This document shows positions 20,491-30,840 of a stretch of 64,000 bases of DNA, piece by piece. Both the position numbers and the translations under genes were made by a program. Source of the DNA: an uncultured Erysipelotrichaceae bacterium (GTDB taxonomy: Bacteria; Bacillota_I; Bacilli_A; RF39; UBA660); contig CADANC010000008.1 in NCBI GenBank assembly GCA_902789225.1, positions 3,917 to 67,916 of the forward strand, written 5' to 3'. A model generated the notes under the pieces. The model was not told the DNA's origin. It did not search any database and saw only the letters and a program-made list of their open reading frames with translations. The number at the start of each line of letters is the position of its first letter. Positions within the stretch are counted from its first letter, which is position 1.

Positions 20491-21028
20491 AATAATTTTC
20501 GCTTTTTAATTCAAAATAACTTTGTGGATGTGCGCATACTGGGCATACTTTTGGTGCTTTTTTGCCAACAACTATATGTCCACAATTACGACAAATCCAG
20601 ATACAGTCTTCATCCTTTGAGAATACTACTTCATCTTCAATATTCTTTAATAGTTTTCTATATCTTTCTTCGTGATGTTTTTCAATTTCTCCTACTGCTT
20701 TAAATTTCTTTGCTAAATCTTTAAATCCTTCTTCTTCAGCAACTCTAGCAAATTCTTCATACATGTCAGTCCATTCATAGTTTTCACCATCTGCTGCTTC
20801 ATTAAGGTTTTCAATTGTTGAAGGTATTTCTCCTCCTTTTAATTCCTTATACCACATTTTTGCATGTTCTTTTTCATTGTTTGCTGTTTCTTCGAATATA
20901 GCAGCGATTTGTTCATAGCCATCTTTCTTAGCTTTACTTGCAAAGTATGTGTATTTATTTCTTGCTTGTGATTCTCCAGCAAATGCAGTCATTAAGTTTT
21001 GTTCTGTTTTACTTCCTTTTAGTTCCAT
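20489..21028 (-). CDS. rbr: Rubrerythrin
   Basis: 179 aa. It has a ferritin-like diiron domain (EXXH motifs EKEHAKMW and IEKHHEERY) and a C-terminal rubredoxin-like CRNCG...CPVC. Confidence 0.9.
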   Translation of the reverse strand: MELKGSKTEQNLMTAFAGESQARNKYTYFASKAKKDGYEQIAAIFEETANNEKEHAKMWYKELKGGEIPSTIENLNEAADGENYEWTDMYEEFARVAEEEGFKDLAKKFKAVGEIEKHHEERYRKLLKNIEDEVVFSKDEDCIWICRNCGHIVVGKKAPKVCPVCAHPQSYFELKSENY

Positions 21029-21058
21029 ATTTTTTTCCTCCTACTTTTATAGTATATC

Positions 21059-21730
21059 TTATTTTTTTAAATCAGTCATCGTCTTTATTAAACTTTGATG
21101 GTATCTTTTTTTGAAAATTCCCTTCGTTGGGGCATTTTCATTTAATTTTAATAATGTATTATCATATACAACTTTATCTTGAAATATTTGGGGACATCTA
21201 TCTATGAAATATTCAGTTTCTGAAAATACTGAACCATTTACATAATCATCATTTTGCCCTGCTTTTAAACTGCTTATATAAATGATATCATTTTGTAATA
21301 AATTTTTTAATTCATCATCTGTTCTTATTCTCATTCTCCTTAACGCTTCTTGCATAGAAGCATATAGAATATAGTTTAATTGTTTTTCTTCAGTACTTTG
21401 ATGTTGTAATTGATTAAACTCTATAATTATAGCATTCATCCTATCAATTTGATTTTTTCTATCAGTATCTCTATATTCTACAAAGAACGTTTCAATTTTT
21501 TCAATAGTATCGTCTGTATTAACATAGAAGAATAATTTATCATTTTCTAATTCATTTTCTGTTAACAATAATAATAAGTCTAAAGCATCGTTTGATTCAC
21601 CTAGATTTTCTTTTAATGATTTATAATCATTTCCTAGCATTAAATTTTTAAAAACGCATGAATTTATAAATGATTCTTGACTTGGATAAGTTGGAAGACA
21701 TTTTGTTCTTTCCATTATTAGTTTTATCAT
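21059..21730 (-). CDS. Hypothetical protein
   Basis: 223-aa ORF downstream of lon. No recognised motifs. Confidence 0.45.
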   Translation of the reverse strand: MIKLIMERTKCLPTYPSQESFINSCVFKNLMLGNDYKSLKENLGESNDALDLLLLLTENELENDKLFFYVNTDDTIEKIETFFVEYRDTDRKNQIDRMNAIIIEFNQLQHQSTEEKQLNYILYASMQEALRRMRIRTDDELKNLLQNDIIYISSLKAGQNDDYVNGSVFSETEYFIDRCPQIFQDKVVYDNTLLKLNENAPTKGIFKKRYHQSLIKTMTDLKK

Positions 21731-21736
21731 ACTTTA

Positions 21737-24034
21737 CTACCTATATATTCTTCCATATATTTCTTTATATGTACTTACAGATATAAATTTAATATCTTTT
21801 TTTACTTCCTCTGGAATTTCATCCAAGTCTACTAAATTTTCATTTGGAATAAATATTTTTTTTATCCCTGCTCGATGAGCACCAATTACTTTTTCTTTTA
21901 ATCCACCTATAGGTAAAACTTTACCTCTTAGTGTTATTTCTCCTGTCATAGCAATGCTATTATCTACTGCTTTATTTTTTAATAATGATATTAATGCTGT
22001 TGTTACAGTTACTCCTGCAGAAGGACCATCTTTAGATATTGCACCTTCTGGTACATGAATGTGAATATCATTTTCCTTTAATATTTTTTCATCTATTTTG
22101 AAATTCTTTGTATTTGCTTTTATGTAACTTAATGCTATTTGACATGATTCTTGCATTACTTCTCCTAAAGATCCTGTAAGAATCAAATCACCTTTACCTT
22201 TGTATAAAGTTACTTCAATTGGTAATATATCTCCTCCAAATACTGTATAAGCAAGTCCGTTTACTACTCCAATGTCACCTTTTGTTGCTTTTTTCAAATA
22301 TGAATATTTGGGTTTTCCTAAGAAATGTTCAACTTCTTTTATATCAATTGAATAAAAATTATTTTTTTGTTCTACCAATATTTCTTTTACTATTTTTCTT
22401 AATAATGTAGCAATCATTCTTTCAAGTTCTCTTACTCCTGCTTCTTTTGTGTATCCTCTAATAATGTGCATGATTGCTTCATCTTCAATTACTACTTGTA
22501 ATGGAGTAAGTCCATGTTCATCTAATTCTTTTGGTACTAGATGCGTTTTTGCTATATCTAATTTTTCATATTCTGTATAACTTGATACATTAATTATTTC
22601 AAGTCTATCTTTTAATTCATATGGAATTTGATCTAAATAATTTGCTGTTGCGATAAACATAACTTGTGATAGGTCAAATTCTTCTTCAATGTAATGATCT
22701 GAAAAATGTGCATTTTGTTCTGGATCTAATACTTCAAGTAGAGCTGATGCTGGATCTCCTTTTATGTCTTTTGTCATTTTATCTATTTCATCAATTATAA
22801 ATACTGGGTTTGTAGTACCTGCTCTTTTGATACCTTGTATTATTCTTCCTGGATTTGCTCCAATATATGTTCTTCTATGACCAATTATTTCTGCTTCATC
22901 ATTAATCCCACCTACACTTATTTTGGCATAGTTTCTACCTAGTGCATTTGCTATAGCTATAGCTAAGGAGGTTTTTCCTACTCCAGGTGGTCCTACTAAA
23001 CATAATATAGGACTTCTTAAATTGTTAGTATTTTGCTTTACTGATAAGTATTCTAAGATTCTTTCTTTAACTTCATCTAATGCGTAGTGACTAGCATCTA
23101 ATGATTCTTTTACTTTCTTTATAGAAGATTCATCTTTAGTATATTTTTTCCATGGAAGATTTAACATCCAATCAAGATATTCTCTTATTACTGCTAATTC
23201 TGGTGAAGCTTGTGGTGTTGTTTCAAATCTAGCAATTTCATCACGAATTCTTGTAGTTATTTTAGTTGGACATTTTAGTTTAGATGCTTTTTTCTTTAAA
23301 TTACGTATTTCGTCATCTTTACTAGATACTTCTCCTAATTCTTCTTCTATTACACGTAATCTTTCACGTAAATAATATTCTTTTTGTTGTTCATTAAGAC
23401 CTTTTTCAACTGATATTTCAATTTTTCTTTCAAGATCAATTAATCTTAAATCTTCAGTCATATCTTCTATTAATAACTCAGTTCTTTTGATTGGATCAAT
23501 TGCTTCTATATATTTTTTCTTACGATTAAAATCCAAATTAATATAAGTAGTTACTAAATCACATAGTTCTCCTAATGAATATGTTTTATCTATTTGTGAC
23601 ATAATAGCATTACCCATATTTGGAACTTTATCTATGTATTTATCAATGAATTTAATAAGAACATTATAATAGTCTTTTTCTTTTTTAGAAGTAGTTTTCT
23701 TTGGAAATTTATAATTTGCGACATATAGAGCATCTGACTTTTCATAGTCATATATTTCAACTCTAGAGATTCCTTCAATTACTACTCTTGTTTTACCGTT
23801 TGGAACATTTAATTTTAATTTTAGTCGGGCTAAAACACCTACTTTTGGAAGTTGGGTAATATTAAAACTTTCTCCATCATTGATAGGATTTACTAGTAAC
23901 ATTTCTTCATCGATAGTATTAATTAAGTCTAATATTTCTTTATCATAAATGTTATCATATTCCATCCTAATCTCATTTTTTGGAAAGAGAACCATGTCAT
24001 TTAGAACTAAAACTTTTAATTTACCATTTTCCAA
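21737..24034 (-). CDS. lon: ATP-dependent Lon protease (LonA)
   Basis: 765 aa. It has an N-terminal LON domain, Walker A GPPGVGKTS, Walker B IIDEIDK and the protease site KDGPSAGVT. Confidence 0.97.
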   Translation of the reverse strand: MENGKLKVLVLNDMVLFPKNEIRMEYDNIYDKEILDLINTIDEEMLLVNPINDGESFNITQLPKVGVLARLKLKLNVPNGKTRVVIEGISRVEIYDYEKSDALYVANYKFPKKTTSKKEKDYYNVLIKFIDKYIDKVPNMGNAIMSQIDKTYSLGELCDLVTTYINLDFNRKKKYIEAIDPIKRTELLIEDMTEDLRLIDLERKIEISVEKGLNEQQKEYYLRERLRVIEEELGEVSSKDDEIRNLKKKASKLKCPTKITTRIRDEIARFETTPQASPELAVIREYLDWMLNLPWKKYTKDESSIKKVKESLDASHYALDEVKERILEYLSVKQNTNNLRSPILCLVGPPGVGKTSLAIAIANALGRNYAKISVGGINDEAEIIGHRRTYIGANPGRIIQGIKRAGTTNPVFIIDEIDKMTKDIKGDPASALLEVLDPEQNAHFSDHYIEEEFDLSQVMFIATANYLDQIPYELKDRLEIINVSSYTEYEKLDIAKTHLVPKELDEHGLTPLQVVIEDEAIMHIIRGYTKEAGVRELERMIATLLRKIVKEILVEQKNNFYSIDIKEVEHFLGKPKYSYLKKATKGDIGVVNGLAYTVFGGDILPIEVTLYKGKGDLILTGSLGEVMQESCQIALSYIKANTKNFKIDEKILKENDIHIHVPEGAISKDGPSAGVTVTTALISLLKNKAVDNSIAMTGEITLRGKVLPIGGLKEKVIGAHRAGIKKIFIPNENLVDLDEIPEEVKKDIKFISVSTYKEIYGRIYR

Positions 24035-24128
24035 GTGTGTTCACCCCCAAGTTTTTAAATATGCTTACTATTATATATTAAATTTTATTTATTTCAACCA
24101 ATAAAAGTAAAAAAAGTAAGTTTTTTAT

Positions 24129-24163
24129 AAAAAAAATAAGAGTTTAAAATATAAACTCTTATT
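24129..24163 (-). terminator. Rho-independent terminator after tig
   Basis: Minus strand reads AATAAGAGTTT-ATATTTT-AAACTCTTATT followed by TTTTTTT. It overlaps the stop codon. Confidence 0.7.
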
Positions 24164-25475
24164 TATTTAATTCTTTGATTCTATCAATAGTTTTTTTCAT
24201 TTCTATTTGATATTCAATTTCTTCTTTACCGATACTTTGAAGAACTTGATCTTTTGTTATTTGATATTCTTCAGCAGTCTTATCTAATTCTTCATTTATT
24301 TCTTCATCTGTTGCTTTAATTTCTTCTAGATTTTTAATTTCTTCTAACATTAATCTATATAATGTTGATTGATAAGCTTCTTTTTCTAATTGATTTTCTA
24401 AATCTTTTTCTGTAGTACCAGTAAATTTATAGTACATATCTAAAGTTATTCCTTGATGAGACATTTCATGTTCAAATCTATGTTTTAGATTATCAATTTC
24501 TTCTTGTACCATTTCTTCTGGAATATCAACTTCTACTGATTTAGAAATTTCTTCTATTAAAGCATCAATGTATGCATTTTCTACTTCTAGTTCTCTTTGA
24601 GTTTTAATGCTCTTTTCAATGCTTGCACGTAACTCTTTTTCATTAGTTACATCTTTCATTCCTAAATCTTCAAAGAAATCTTCATCTAATTTACGATTAA
24701 TTTTTTCTTTAATTTCATTTACTTTAACCTTGAATACTACTTTTTGACCTGCTAAATCTTCTACACCATAATCTTCTGGGAAAGTTAAATCTATATCTTT
24801 TTCTTCTCCAGTTTTCATTCCGATAACAGCATCTTCAAATCCTGGAATAAAAGTATTTGATCCTATTTCTAATGAATAGTTTTCTCCTTTTCCACCATCG
24901 AATGCTACACCATCTTTGAATCCTTCGAAATCAATTATAGCGATATTTCCACTTTCAACTTTTCCTTTTTCTTTAGTTGCTAATTCAGCATAATGTTCTA
25001 GTAAATGTTCAATTTCATGATCTACTTCTTCTTTTGTAACTTTAACTTCTTGTTTTTCTACTTTTAGACCTTTATATTTTTTTACTTTAACATCAGGTTT
25101 AGTAATAATTCTAAATTTGAATTCACAATGATCTTCTCCTATAGAAGATAAGTCTACTGCTGGTTTAACAACAGGAATTAATTTAGACTCAGATAATGCA
25201 GTTAGATATGCTTCTTGTAATACTCTATCAGCTGCATCTAAGAATAATGATTCTTTTCCGAAATGTTTTTCATAGATAGCTCTAGGTACTTTTCCTGCTC
25301 TAAATCCATCAACTTTAGCAGTTTTTTGTTTTTCTTTGAATACAGCATCTACTGCTTCTTTCCATTTATCTCCGTCTATTTTAATTACTACTTCATGTGA
25401 ATAATCTTTTTTAGTTTCTTTTTTTGTATTTTTCTTTTCTTCAGTTTTTGTAACTTTTTCTTCTTTTTTAGCCAT
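24159..25475 (-). CDS. tig: Trigger factor
   Basis: 438 aa with GFRAGKVPRAIYEKHFG (ribosome-binding TF signature), an FKBP-type middle domain (IDFEGF.DGV.FDGG) and a C-terminal arm. Confidence 0.95.
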   Translation of the reverse strand: MAKKEEKVTKTEEKKNTKKETKKDYSHEVVIKIDGDKWKEAVDAVFKEKQKTAKVDGFRAGKVPRAIYEKHFGKESLFLDAADRVLQEAYLTALSESKLIPVVKPAVDLSSIGEDHCEFKFRIITKPDVKVKKYKGLKVEKQEVKVTKEEVDHEIEHLLEHYAELATKEKGKVESGNIAIIDFEGFKDGVAFDGGKGENYSLEIGSNTFIPGFEDAVIGMKTGEEKDIDLTFPEDYGVEDLAGQKVVFKVKVNEIKEKINRKLDEDFFEDLGMKDVTNEKELRASIEKSIKTQRELEVENAYIDALIEEISKSVEVDIPEEMVQEEIDNLKHRFEHEMSHQGITLDMYYKFTGTTEKDLENQLEKEAYQSTLYRLMLEEIKNLEEIKATDEEINEELDKTAEEYQITKDQVLQSIGKEEIEYQIEMKKTIDRIKELNK

Positions 25476-25533
25476 AATATTCCTCCAACGCTTAATATTA
25501 TATCTTATTATTTGATTTAAGACAATAATTAAT

Positions 25534-27279
25534 TTATCTTAGTTTGATATGTGATTCTCTTAATTGTAGTTCTGTTACTTCACTTGGAGCGTTCATTAAT
25601 TGATCAGCTCCACTAGCACTTAATGGGAAAGCAATTGTTTCTCTTATTGAGTCTTCTTCTAATAACATCATTAGTATTCTATCTATTCCTGGAGCCATTC
25701 CTGCGTGAGGTGGTGCACCATATTTAAAGGCTTCATATAAAGCTTGGAATCTCTTTTCTATTTCACTTTCTTTGTAGCCTGCTATTTCAAATACTTTTTT
25801 CATTATTTCAATGTCATGGTTTCTTACAGCACCACTTGCCATTTCAATTCCGTTACATACAAAATCATATTGATAAGCTAATATTTCTTCTGGATCTAGT
25901 TTATCCATTTCTTTGATACTAACTTGTGGCATTGAGAATGGGTTGTGCATAAAATCATATTTACTTTCTTCATCAGAGTACTCGAACATTGGAAAATCAT
26001 TTATGATACAGAATTTATATTCATCATCTTTAATAAGATCTAATTTTCTTCCTAATTCATCTCTAATTTGAGAAGCAAATTTATAAGCTTTTTTTCTATC
26101 AGCTATGAAGAAAATAACACTATTTGGCTTTAATTTAGCAACTTTAATTAAGTCTTCTCTTTCTTCTTCTGTTAAAAACTTATCAATTGGACCTGCGAAT
26201 GAAAGATCTTCATTTACTTTAAAATATCCTATTCCTGGCATTCCTATATCATTTGCAAAATCTACTAATTCATTGAACCATGAGTTAGATTTATCTGCTA
26301 TATCTTCTACAACTATTCCTTCTACTTGTACTCCTCTAAATGGACGGAATGTTGTCTCTTCAAAGACATCAGTTAAGTCTATTAATTCAAGATGGTTTCT
26401 AAGATCTGGTTTATCTGTTCCATATCTTTTCATAGATTCTTTATAGGAAATAATAGGAAAATCTTTTGATATTTTTTTATCTCCAAATTTAGAAAATACT
26501 TCATAGAATATTTTTTTACCTACTTCAAGAACATCTTTTTCTTCGGCAAAAGACATTTCTAAATCTAATTGATAGAATTCTCCATATACTCTATCACTTC
26601 TTGCATCTTCATCTCTGAAACATGGAGCAATTTGGAAATATTTATCGAATCCTCCACACATTAGTAATTGTTTAAATTGTTGTGGTGCTTGTGGAAGAGC
26701 ATAGAATTTTCCTTTGAATTTTCTTGATGGAACAATAAAGTCTCTAGCTCCTTCAGGAGAAGATGCTGTAAGTATAGGTGTTGTTATTTCTAAAAAATCT
26801 TCTTTTTTCATTATTTTTCTTATGAAATCAATTACTTCTGTTCTAAATATAATATTTTTTCTTACTTTAGGGTTTCTTAAATCTAAATATCTATATTTTA
26901 ATCTAGTGTCTTCAGATACCTCTTTTGATGTTGCGACTTCAAATGGTAATACATTTTTAGCTTTTCCTAAAGTTACTAAGTCTTCCTCTTTTTCTACTAA
27001 TAATTCTATTGTTCCTGTTGATATTTTTTCGTTGTAATCTTCAGGAGATCTCTTTCTAATTTTTCCTGTAATAGACATAGAAGATTGTTTTGTAATTTTA
27101 TCAAATATACCTTCAATGTTACTTACTATTTGTATTTCACCAGTAAAATCACGTAGATCTAGGAATAATACTCCACCATGATCACGGATGTTTTCAACAA
27201 AACCAGCTACTTTTACAGTTTTTCCTATTTCTTTTTCTGTTAATTTATCACAATAATGATCTCTATATTTATTTTTCAT
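25534..27279 (-). CDS. aspS: Aspartyl-tRNA synthetase (bacterial type; possibly non-discriminating)
   Basis: 581 aa. An N-terminal OB fold (GWV...RDHGGVLFLDLRD) is followed by class II motifs FRDED, GGFDKYFQIAPCFRDE and GIDRI. Confidence 0.95.
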   Translation of the reverse strand: MKNKYRDHYCDKLTEKEIGKTVKVAGFVENIRDHGGVLFLDLRDFTGEIQIVSNIEGIFDKITKQSSMSITGKIRKRSPEDYNEKISTGTIELLVEKEEDLVTLGKAKNVLPFEVATSKEVSEDTRLKYRYLDLRNPKVRKNIIFRTEVIDFIRKIMKKEDFLEITTPILTASSPEGARDFIVPSRKFKGKFYALPQAPQQFKQLLMCGGFDKYFQIAPCFRDEDARSDRVYGEFYQLDLEMSFAEEKDVLEVGKKIFYEVFSKFGDKKISKDFPIISYKESMKRYGTDKPDLRNHLELIDLTDVFEETTFRPFRGVQVEGIVVEDIADKSNSWFNELVDFANDIGMPGIGYFKVNEDLSFAGPIDKFLTEEEREDLIKVAKLKPNSVIFFIADRKKAYKFASQIRDELGRKLDLIKDDEYKFCIINDFPMFEYSDEESKYDFMHNPFSMPQVSIKEMDKLDPEEILAYQYDFVCNGIEMASGAVRNHDIEIMKKVFEIAGYKESEIEKRFQALYEAFKYGAPPHAGMAPGIDRILMMLLEEDSIRETIAFPLSASGADQLMNAPSEVTELQLRESHIKLR

Positions 27280-28693
27280 TTTTTCTCCTTTCTAGTTCTT
27301 CTTTAATTAGAACCATACTTCTATTTGGGTTTGCACTCCTCTTTGTAGTTTGCATTACTTTTCCAATAAAGAAATTTACTACATGAGTATTATCTTCTTC
27401 TATGTATTGTCTAACTTGTTCAGAGTTTTCATCCATAATAGAAGTTATTATTTTTAATAATTCTTTGTCATCTGATATTTGACTTTCTGTCTTTTTAATT
27501 AATTCTTTTGGATCTTTCTTTTTATCAATTGCTTCATAAAGTAATTTTTTACCTTTATCAAGTGACATTTTTTTAGATTCTATTTCTTTTAGAATTGTTC
27601 CTAACATTTCAGGGGTAATAAATAATTCTTTAATAGATATATCTAATTTATTTAATGTAGAAAGTATACCTGTAGTCATAAAGTTAACTGCTAATTTAGT
27701 ATCTTTTATGTAAGATAAGACTTCATCAAAATAATCAGATATTTCTTTTTCTTTAGATAAAGTTTTTGCATCTTCTTTATCTATACCTAGACTTTGATAG
27801 CGATCGAATCTTGATAGTTTTAATTCTGGAAGAGAATCCTTTAATTCTTTAATATAATCATCTTCAATTTTTATAGGTGGGATGTTTGGTTCTACAAAAT
27901 ATTTGTAATCTAGTGCATCTACTTTTTTTCTCATTGAATATGTTTTTCCGTCTGTTGCTATACGTCTTGTTTCTTGTACTACTTCTTTTCCTTCTTCTAA
28001 TAGTTTTGTTTGTCTTTCTATTTCATATTTGATAGCTTGTTCAACTGAAGAAAAAGCATTTATATTTTTCATTTCTACTTTAGTTCCTAATTCTTTTGTA
28101 TCACTTAAAGATATGTTTACATCACATCTCATTTCTCCATAGTTTGATCTTGCTTCACTTACTTCTAAAAACAAGAATAAATCTCTTAAATCTTCTAGAA
28201 ATGTTACTGCTTCTTCGGCACTATGAATACATGGGTCTGTTACAACTTCTATTAGGGGTACTCCACTACGGTTATAGTCTATTAGAGAATAACCATTTCT
28301 ATGTTCAAGAGAAGCTGTATCTTCTTCTAGGTGAATATCATGAATTGTTACTCTTTTTACTTCATCATTTACTAAAATATCTAAGTAACCTTTTATTCCT
28401 ACTGGCTTTGTATTTTGAGTAATTTGATATCCTTTAGGAAGGTCTGGATAATAGTAGTTTTTTCTATCAAATAATACTTCATCAGGAGTTATACAGTTTA
28501 ATGCAAGACTTGTAAGAAGAGCCTTTCTAATAGCCTCTTTGTTAGCAATAGGTAATATTCCTGGTAGACCTAAATCAACTGGCGCAACATGAGTGTTTGG
28601 AAATTTAGTAAATTCGTTTGGTGCAGAAGAAAAGTTTTTTGTATTAGTTTTTAATTCACAATGTACTTCTAGTCCTATTGTTGCTTTATACAT
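27269..28693 (-). CDS. gatB: Asp/Glu-tRNA amidotransferase subunit B
   Basis: 474 aa with IGLEVHCEL.T..K.F, VDLGLPG.LP, YYYPDLPKGYQITQ and a C-terminal YqeY-like tail. Confidence 0.95.
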   Translation of the reverse strand: MYKATIGLEVHCELKTNTKNFSSAPNEFTKFPNTHVAPVDLGLPGILPIANKEAIRKALLTSLALNCITPDEVLFDRKNYYYPDLPKGYQITQNTKPVGIKGYLDILVNDEVKRVTIHDIHLEEDTASLEHRNGYSLIDYNRSGVPLIEVVTDPCIHSAEEAVTFLEDLRDLFLFLEVSEARSNYGEMRCDVNISLSDTKELGTKVEMKNINAFSSVEQAIKYEIERQTKLLEEGKEVVQETRRIATDGKTYSMRKKVDALDYKYFVEPNIPPIKIEDDYIKELKDSLPELKLSRFDRYQSLGIDKEDAKTLSKEKEISDYFDEVLSYIKDTKLAVNFMTTGILSTLNKLDISIKELFITPEMLGTILKEIESKKMSLDKGKKLLYEAIDKKKDPKELIKKTESQISDDKELLKIITSIMDENSEQVRQYIEEDNTHVVNFFIGKVMQTTKRSANPNRSMVLIKEELERRKNEK

Positions 28694-28694
28694 A

Positions 28695-30149
28695 TTAATC
28701 TACCTCCTTATATATATCTTTTAATCCTGTAACTTTTTCTATTTCATGAGCAATATTTAGTGTTTTACAATCTTCTTTTGCTTTGCATGTAATGTTAACT
28801 CCTACTGGTAATCCATTAACAATAGTAAATGGAATTGTAATTGATGGCATTCCTCCAAAGTTTGCGATTGCTAGATGGTTTTCTAGTACTACTTCATCGT
28901 CTGTTACTTCTTCTGTTGTTCCCTCTATTTTTGGAGCTGGTCCACCTGATGCAGGTAAGATCATCGCATCATACTCTTCAAATAATTTGTTTATTTTATC
29001 TACAATTATTCTTCTTACTCTGCCTGCATTTAAGAATAATTTTTCTTGGTTTTCTTTTTGTAAGATATAACTTCCTAATATAAATCTTCTTTTTATTAAT
29101 TCACTAAATCCTTTAGTTCTTGCTTTAAACATTAAATCATCTACATTGTCTGCTTTTGGACGTGGTCCAAATTGAATTCCTGTTAGGTTTGAGTTATTAG
29201 ATGTAGCTTCTGCACATGATATAGTCATATATGTTGGATAAATTGCTTCAAGTAGTTTTTTATCAATTGATACTTCTTCTACAATGAATCCCAATTCTCT
29301 ACATTTGTCTAAAAGGATTTTAAAATCACTTAGAGTTTCTTTTAATTCAGTACTTTGTTTTGGATATTCTTCTAAATTACATATTTCTTTAATATAGAAT
29401 AACTTTTTTCCTTTGATGCTATCTTCTAAGTGAGAAGCATACTCTGTCCTATCAGTTTTTAGAGTAGTCATATCATTTTCATCTTTTCCTTTAAGCACGT
29501 CTGTTACTATAGCTGCATCTTCTACATTACGAGTTAGAATTCCTACGTGATCTAAGCTTGATGCAAAAGCAAATAATCCATAACGAGAAATTCTTCCGTA
29601 AGTTGGTTTGAATCCTACTATTCCTCCGTGAGAGGCTGGTTTTCTAACTGAGTCTCCTGTATCTGATCCTATAGCAAATGGAGTTATTCCTAGGGCAACA
29701 GATGATGCTGCTCCGGCAGATGATCCTCCTATTAGTCTTTCTTTATCATAAGGGTTTCTTACTATACCAGTTGCGGCAGTAGTTCCTGTTCCTCCCATAG
29801 CTAATTCATCTAGAGTTGTTTTTCCTATTAAGGTTGCTCCTGCTTTTTTTAATTTTTTATAAACAGTCGCATCATATACAGGAATGTAGTCTTTTAAAAT
29901 ATTAGATGAAGCTGTAGTTAGAATATTACTTGTTGAAAAGCTATCTTTTAGTGAATATGGGATTCCATCTAATATTGAATCTGAATCTTTACTTTTGAAT
30001 TTATCAAGAATTGTTACAAATGAGTTATAGTCTTCTTGGTATTTTTTTGCTAGTGATGTTGATTCTTCAAATAATTCTTCTTTTGTTACTTTTTTATCAT
30101 CTAGTAGTTTTCTTAATTCTTTTATTGATTTAGCTTTATACATCTTCAT
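28695..30149 (-). CDS. gatA: Asp/Glu-tRNA amidotransferase subunit A
   Basis: 484 aa. It carries the amidase signature GGSSAGAASSVA...GSDTGDSVRKPAS. Confidence 0.95.
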   Translation of the reverse strand: MKMYKAKSIKELRKLLDDKKVTKEELFEESTSLAKKYQEDYNSFVTILDKFKSKDSDSILDGIPYSLKDSFSTSNILTTASSNILKDYIPVYDATVYKKLKKAGATLIGKTTLDELAMGGTGTTAATGIVRNPYDKERLIGGSSAGAASSVALGITPFAIGSDTGDSVRKPASHGGIVGFKPTYGRISRYGLFAFASSLDHVGILTRNVEDAAIVTDVLKGKDENDMTTLKTDRTEYASHLEDSIKGKKLFYIKEICNLEEYPKQSTELKETLSDFKILLDKCRELGFIVEEVSIDKKLLEAIYPTYMTISCAEATSNNSNLTGIQFGPRPKADNVDDLMFKARTKGFSELIKRRFILGSYILQKENQEKLFLNAGRVRRIIVDKINKLFEEYDAMILPASGGPAPKIEGTTEEVTDDEVVLENHLAIANFGGMPSITIPFTIVNGLPVGVNITCKAKEDCKTLNIAHEIEKVTGLKDIYKEVD

Positions 30150-30435
30150 CCACCACCTTTGGTACTTTTACTTGATCATCTACTTCTTCTTTAGCATTAT
30201 CTAATACTTCTCCTACTGTTAAGTATGCTCCTACTTCATCTTCTCTAAGTGTTGCATCATCATTTAAAAATGGAAATGTCATTGGTTCTACTTTTTCAAT
30301 ATCTTTAATTTCAGCAATATGATCCATTTGTTTTAGTATAGTTTTAAATTCTTTTTCTAAAGTATCGTACTCATCTTCATCCATATCAAACATAAGTAAG
30401 TTTGCATATCTTTTTAAGTCTTCTTTTTTTATCAT
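30136..30435 (-). CDS. gatC: Asp/Glu-tRNA amidotransferase subunit C
   Basis: 99 aa. The size, its position ahead of gatA/gatB, and LREDEV motifs fit GatC. Confidence 0.88.
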   Translation of the reverse strand: MIKKEDLKRYANLLMFDMDEDEYDTLEKEFKTILKQMDHIAEIKDIEKVEPMTFPFLNDDATLREDEVGAYLTVGEVLDNAKEEVDDQVKVPKVVDEDV

Positions 30436-30455
30436 TTATATCTCCTCCTTTATAA

Positions 30456-30750
30456 ACAAAAAACACTAGTTCATCATCCCATTAACAAAAATGTTAATCA
30501 TGGGACGAAAACTAGTGTTCCGCGGTGCCACCCGATTTATTATAAAGTAATTATATTTATAATCTCTCTTTAGGTTCTATCAAACCCTAGTACTTTTAAC
30601 GGTATACTCTTCCGGCTTAGTCTACTCGGTTTCCCTTTCGGTAAGCAGCTCATGAGTGTTCTTTCATTTAACTTATATTATTAGACTTCCACCAACTCTA
30701 ACTCGCTTGAATACTTGTTAAATTACTTTTCTCATTCATCGCTATCGGTA
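30456..30750 (-). promoter_or_regulatory. T-box riboswitch leader of the gatCAB-aspS operon, specifier AAC (Asn)
   Basis: All elements are read on the minus strand. The K-turn is AGCGATGAATGAG...CTCATGAGC. The Stem I distal motifs are TTAGAG/TGGTGGAA. The specifier loop 3' side is GAAAG-AAC-A, with the codon at 30660-30658. A CCGTTA F-box is present. The T-box is AAATCGGGTGGCACCGCGG at 30538-30520. The terminator is AACACTAGTT...AACTAGTGTTTTTT at 30520-30456. Confidence 0.85.
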
Positions 30751-30753
30751 TTA

Positions 30754-30782
30754 ATTTTATAACAAAATCCTTGTTTTGTCAA
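30754..30782 (-). promoter_or_regulatory. Consensus sigma-A promoter (TTGACA-N17-TAAAAT) driving the T-box leader
   Basis: Minus strand: TTGACA at 30782-30777, a 17-nt spacer, TAAAAT at 30759-30754, just upstream of the first Stem I residues. Confidence 0.75.
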
Positions 30783-30840
30783 ATTTCACTTTATTTTTAG
30801 GCATTATTTCGATAAAATATTATTGAAAGGAAGTAATTTT

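Noticed and set aside
30436-30840. Assigning the T-box leader to trpS, the usual Firmicute arrangement
   Set aside because: The T-box core, the antiterminator/terminator and Stem I only read correctly on the minus strand and run into gatC. The plus-strand leader of trpS is too short to hold one.
30823-30840. ORF-track start codons at TTG 30823 (trpS), TTG 14543 (nifU-like), GTG 61097 (greA) and GTG 20430 (U32)
   Set aside because: In each case an in-frame ATG a few codons downstream has a properly spaced Shine-Dalgarno sequence and matches the conserved N-terminus of the family. The upstream non-ATG codons overlap or precede the RBS.
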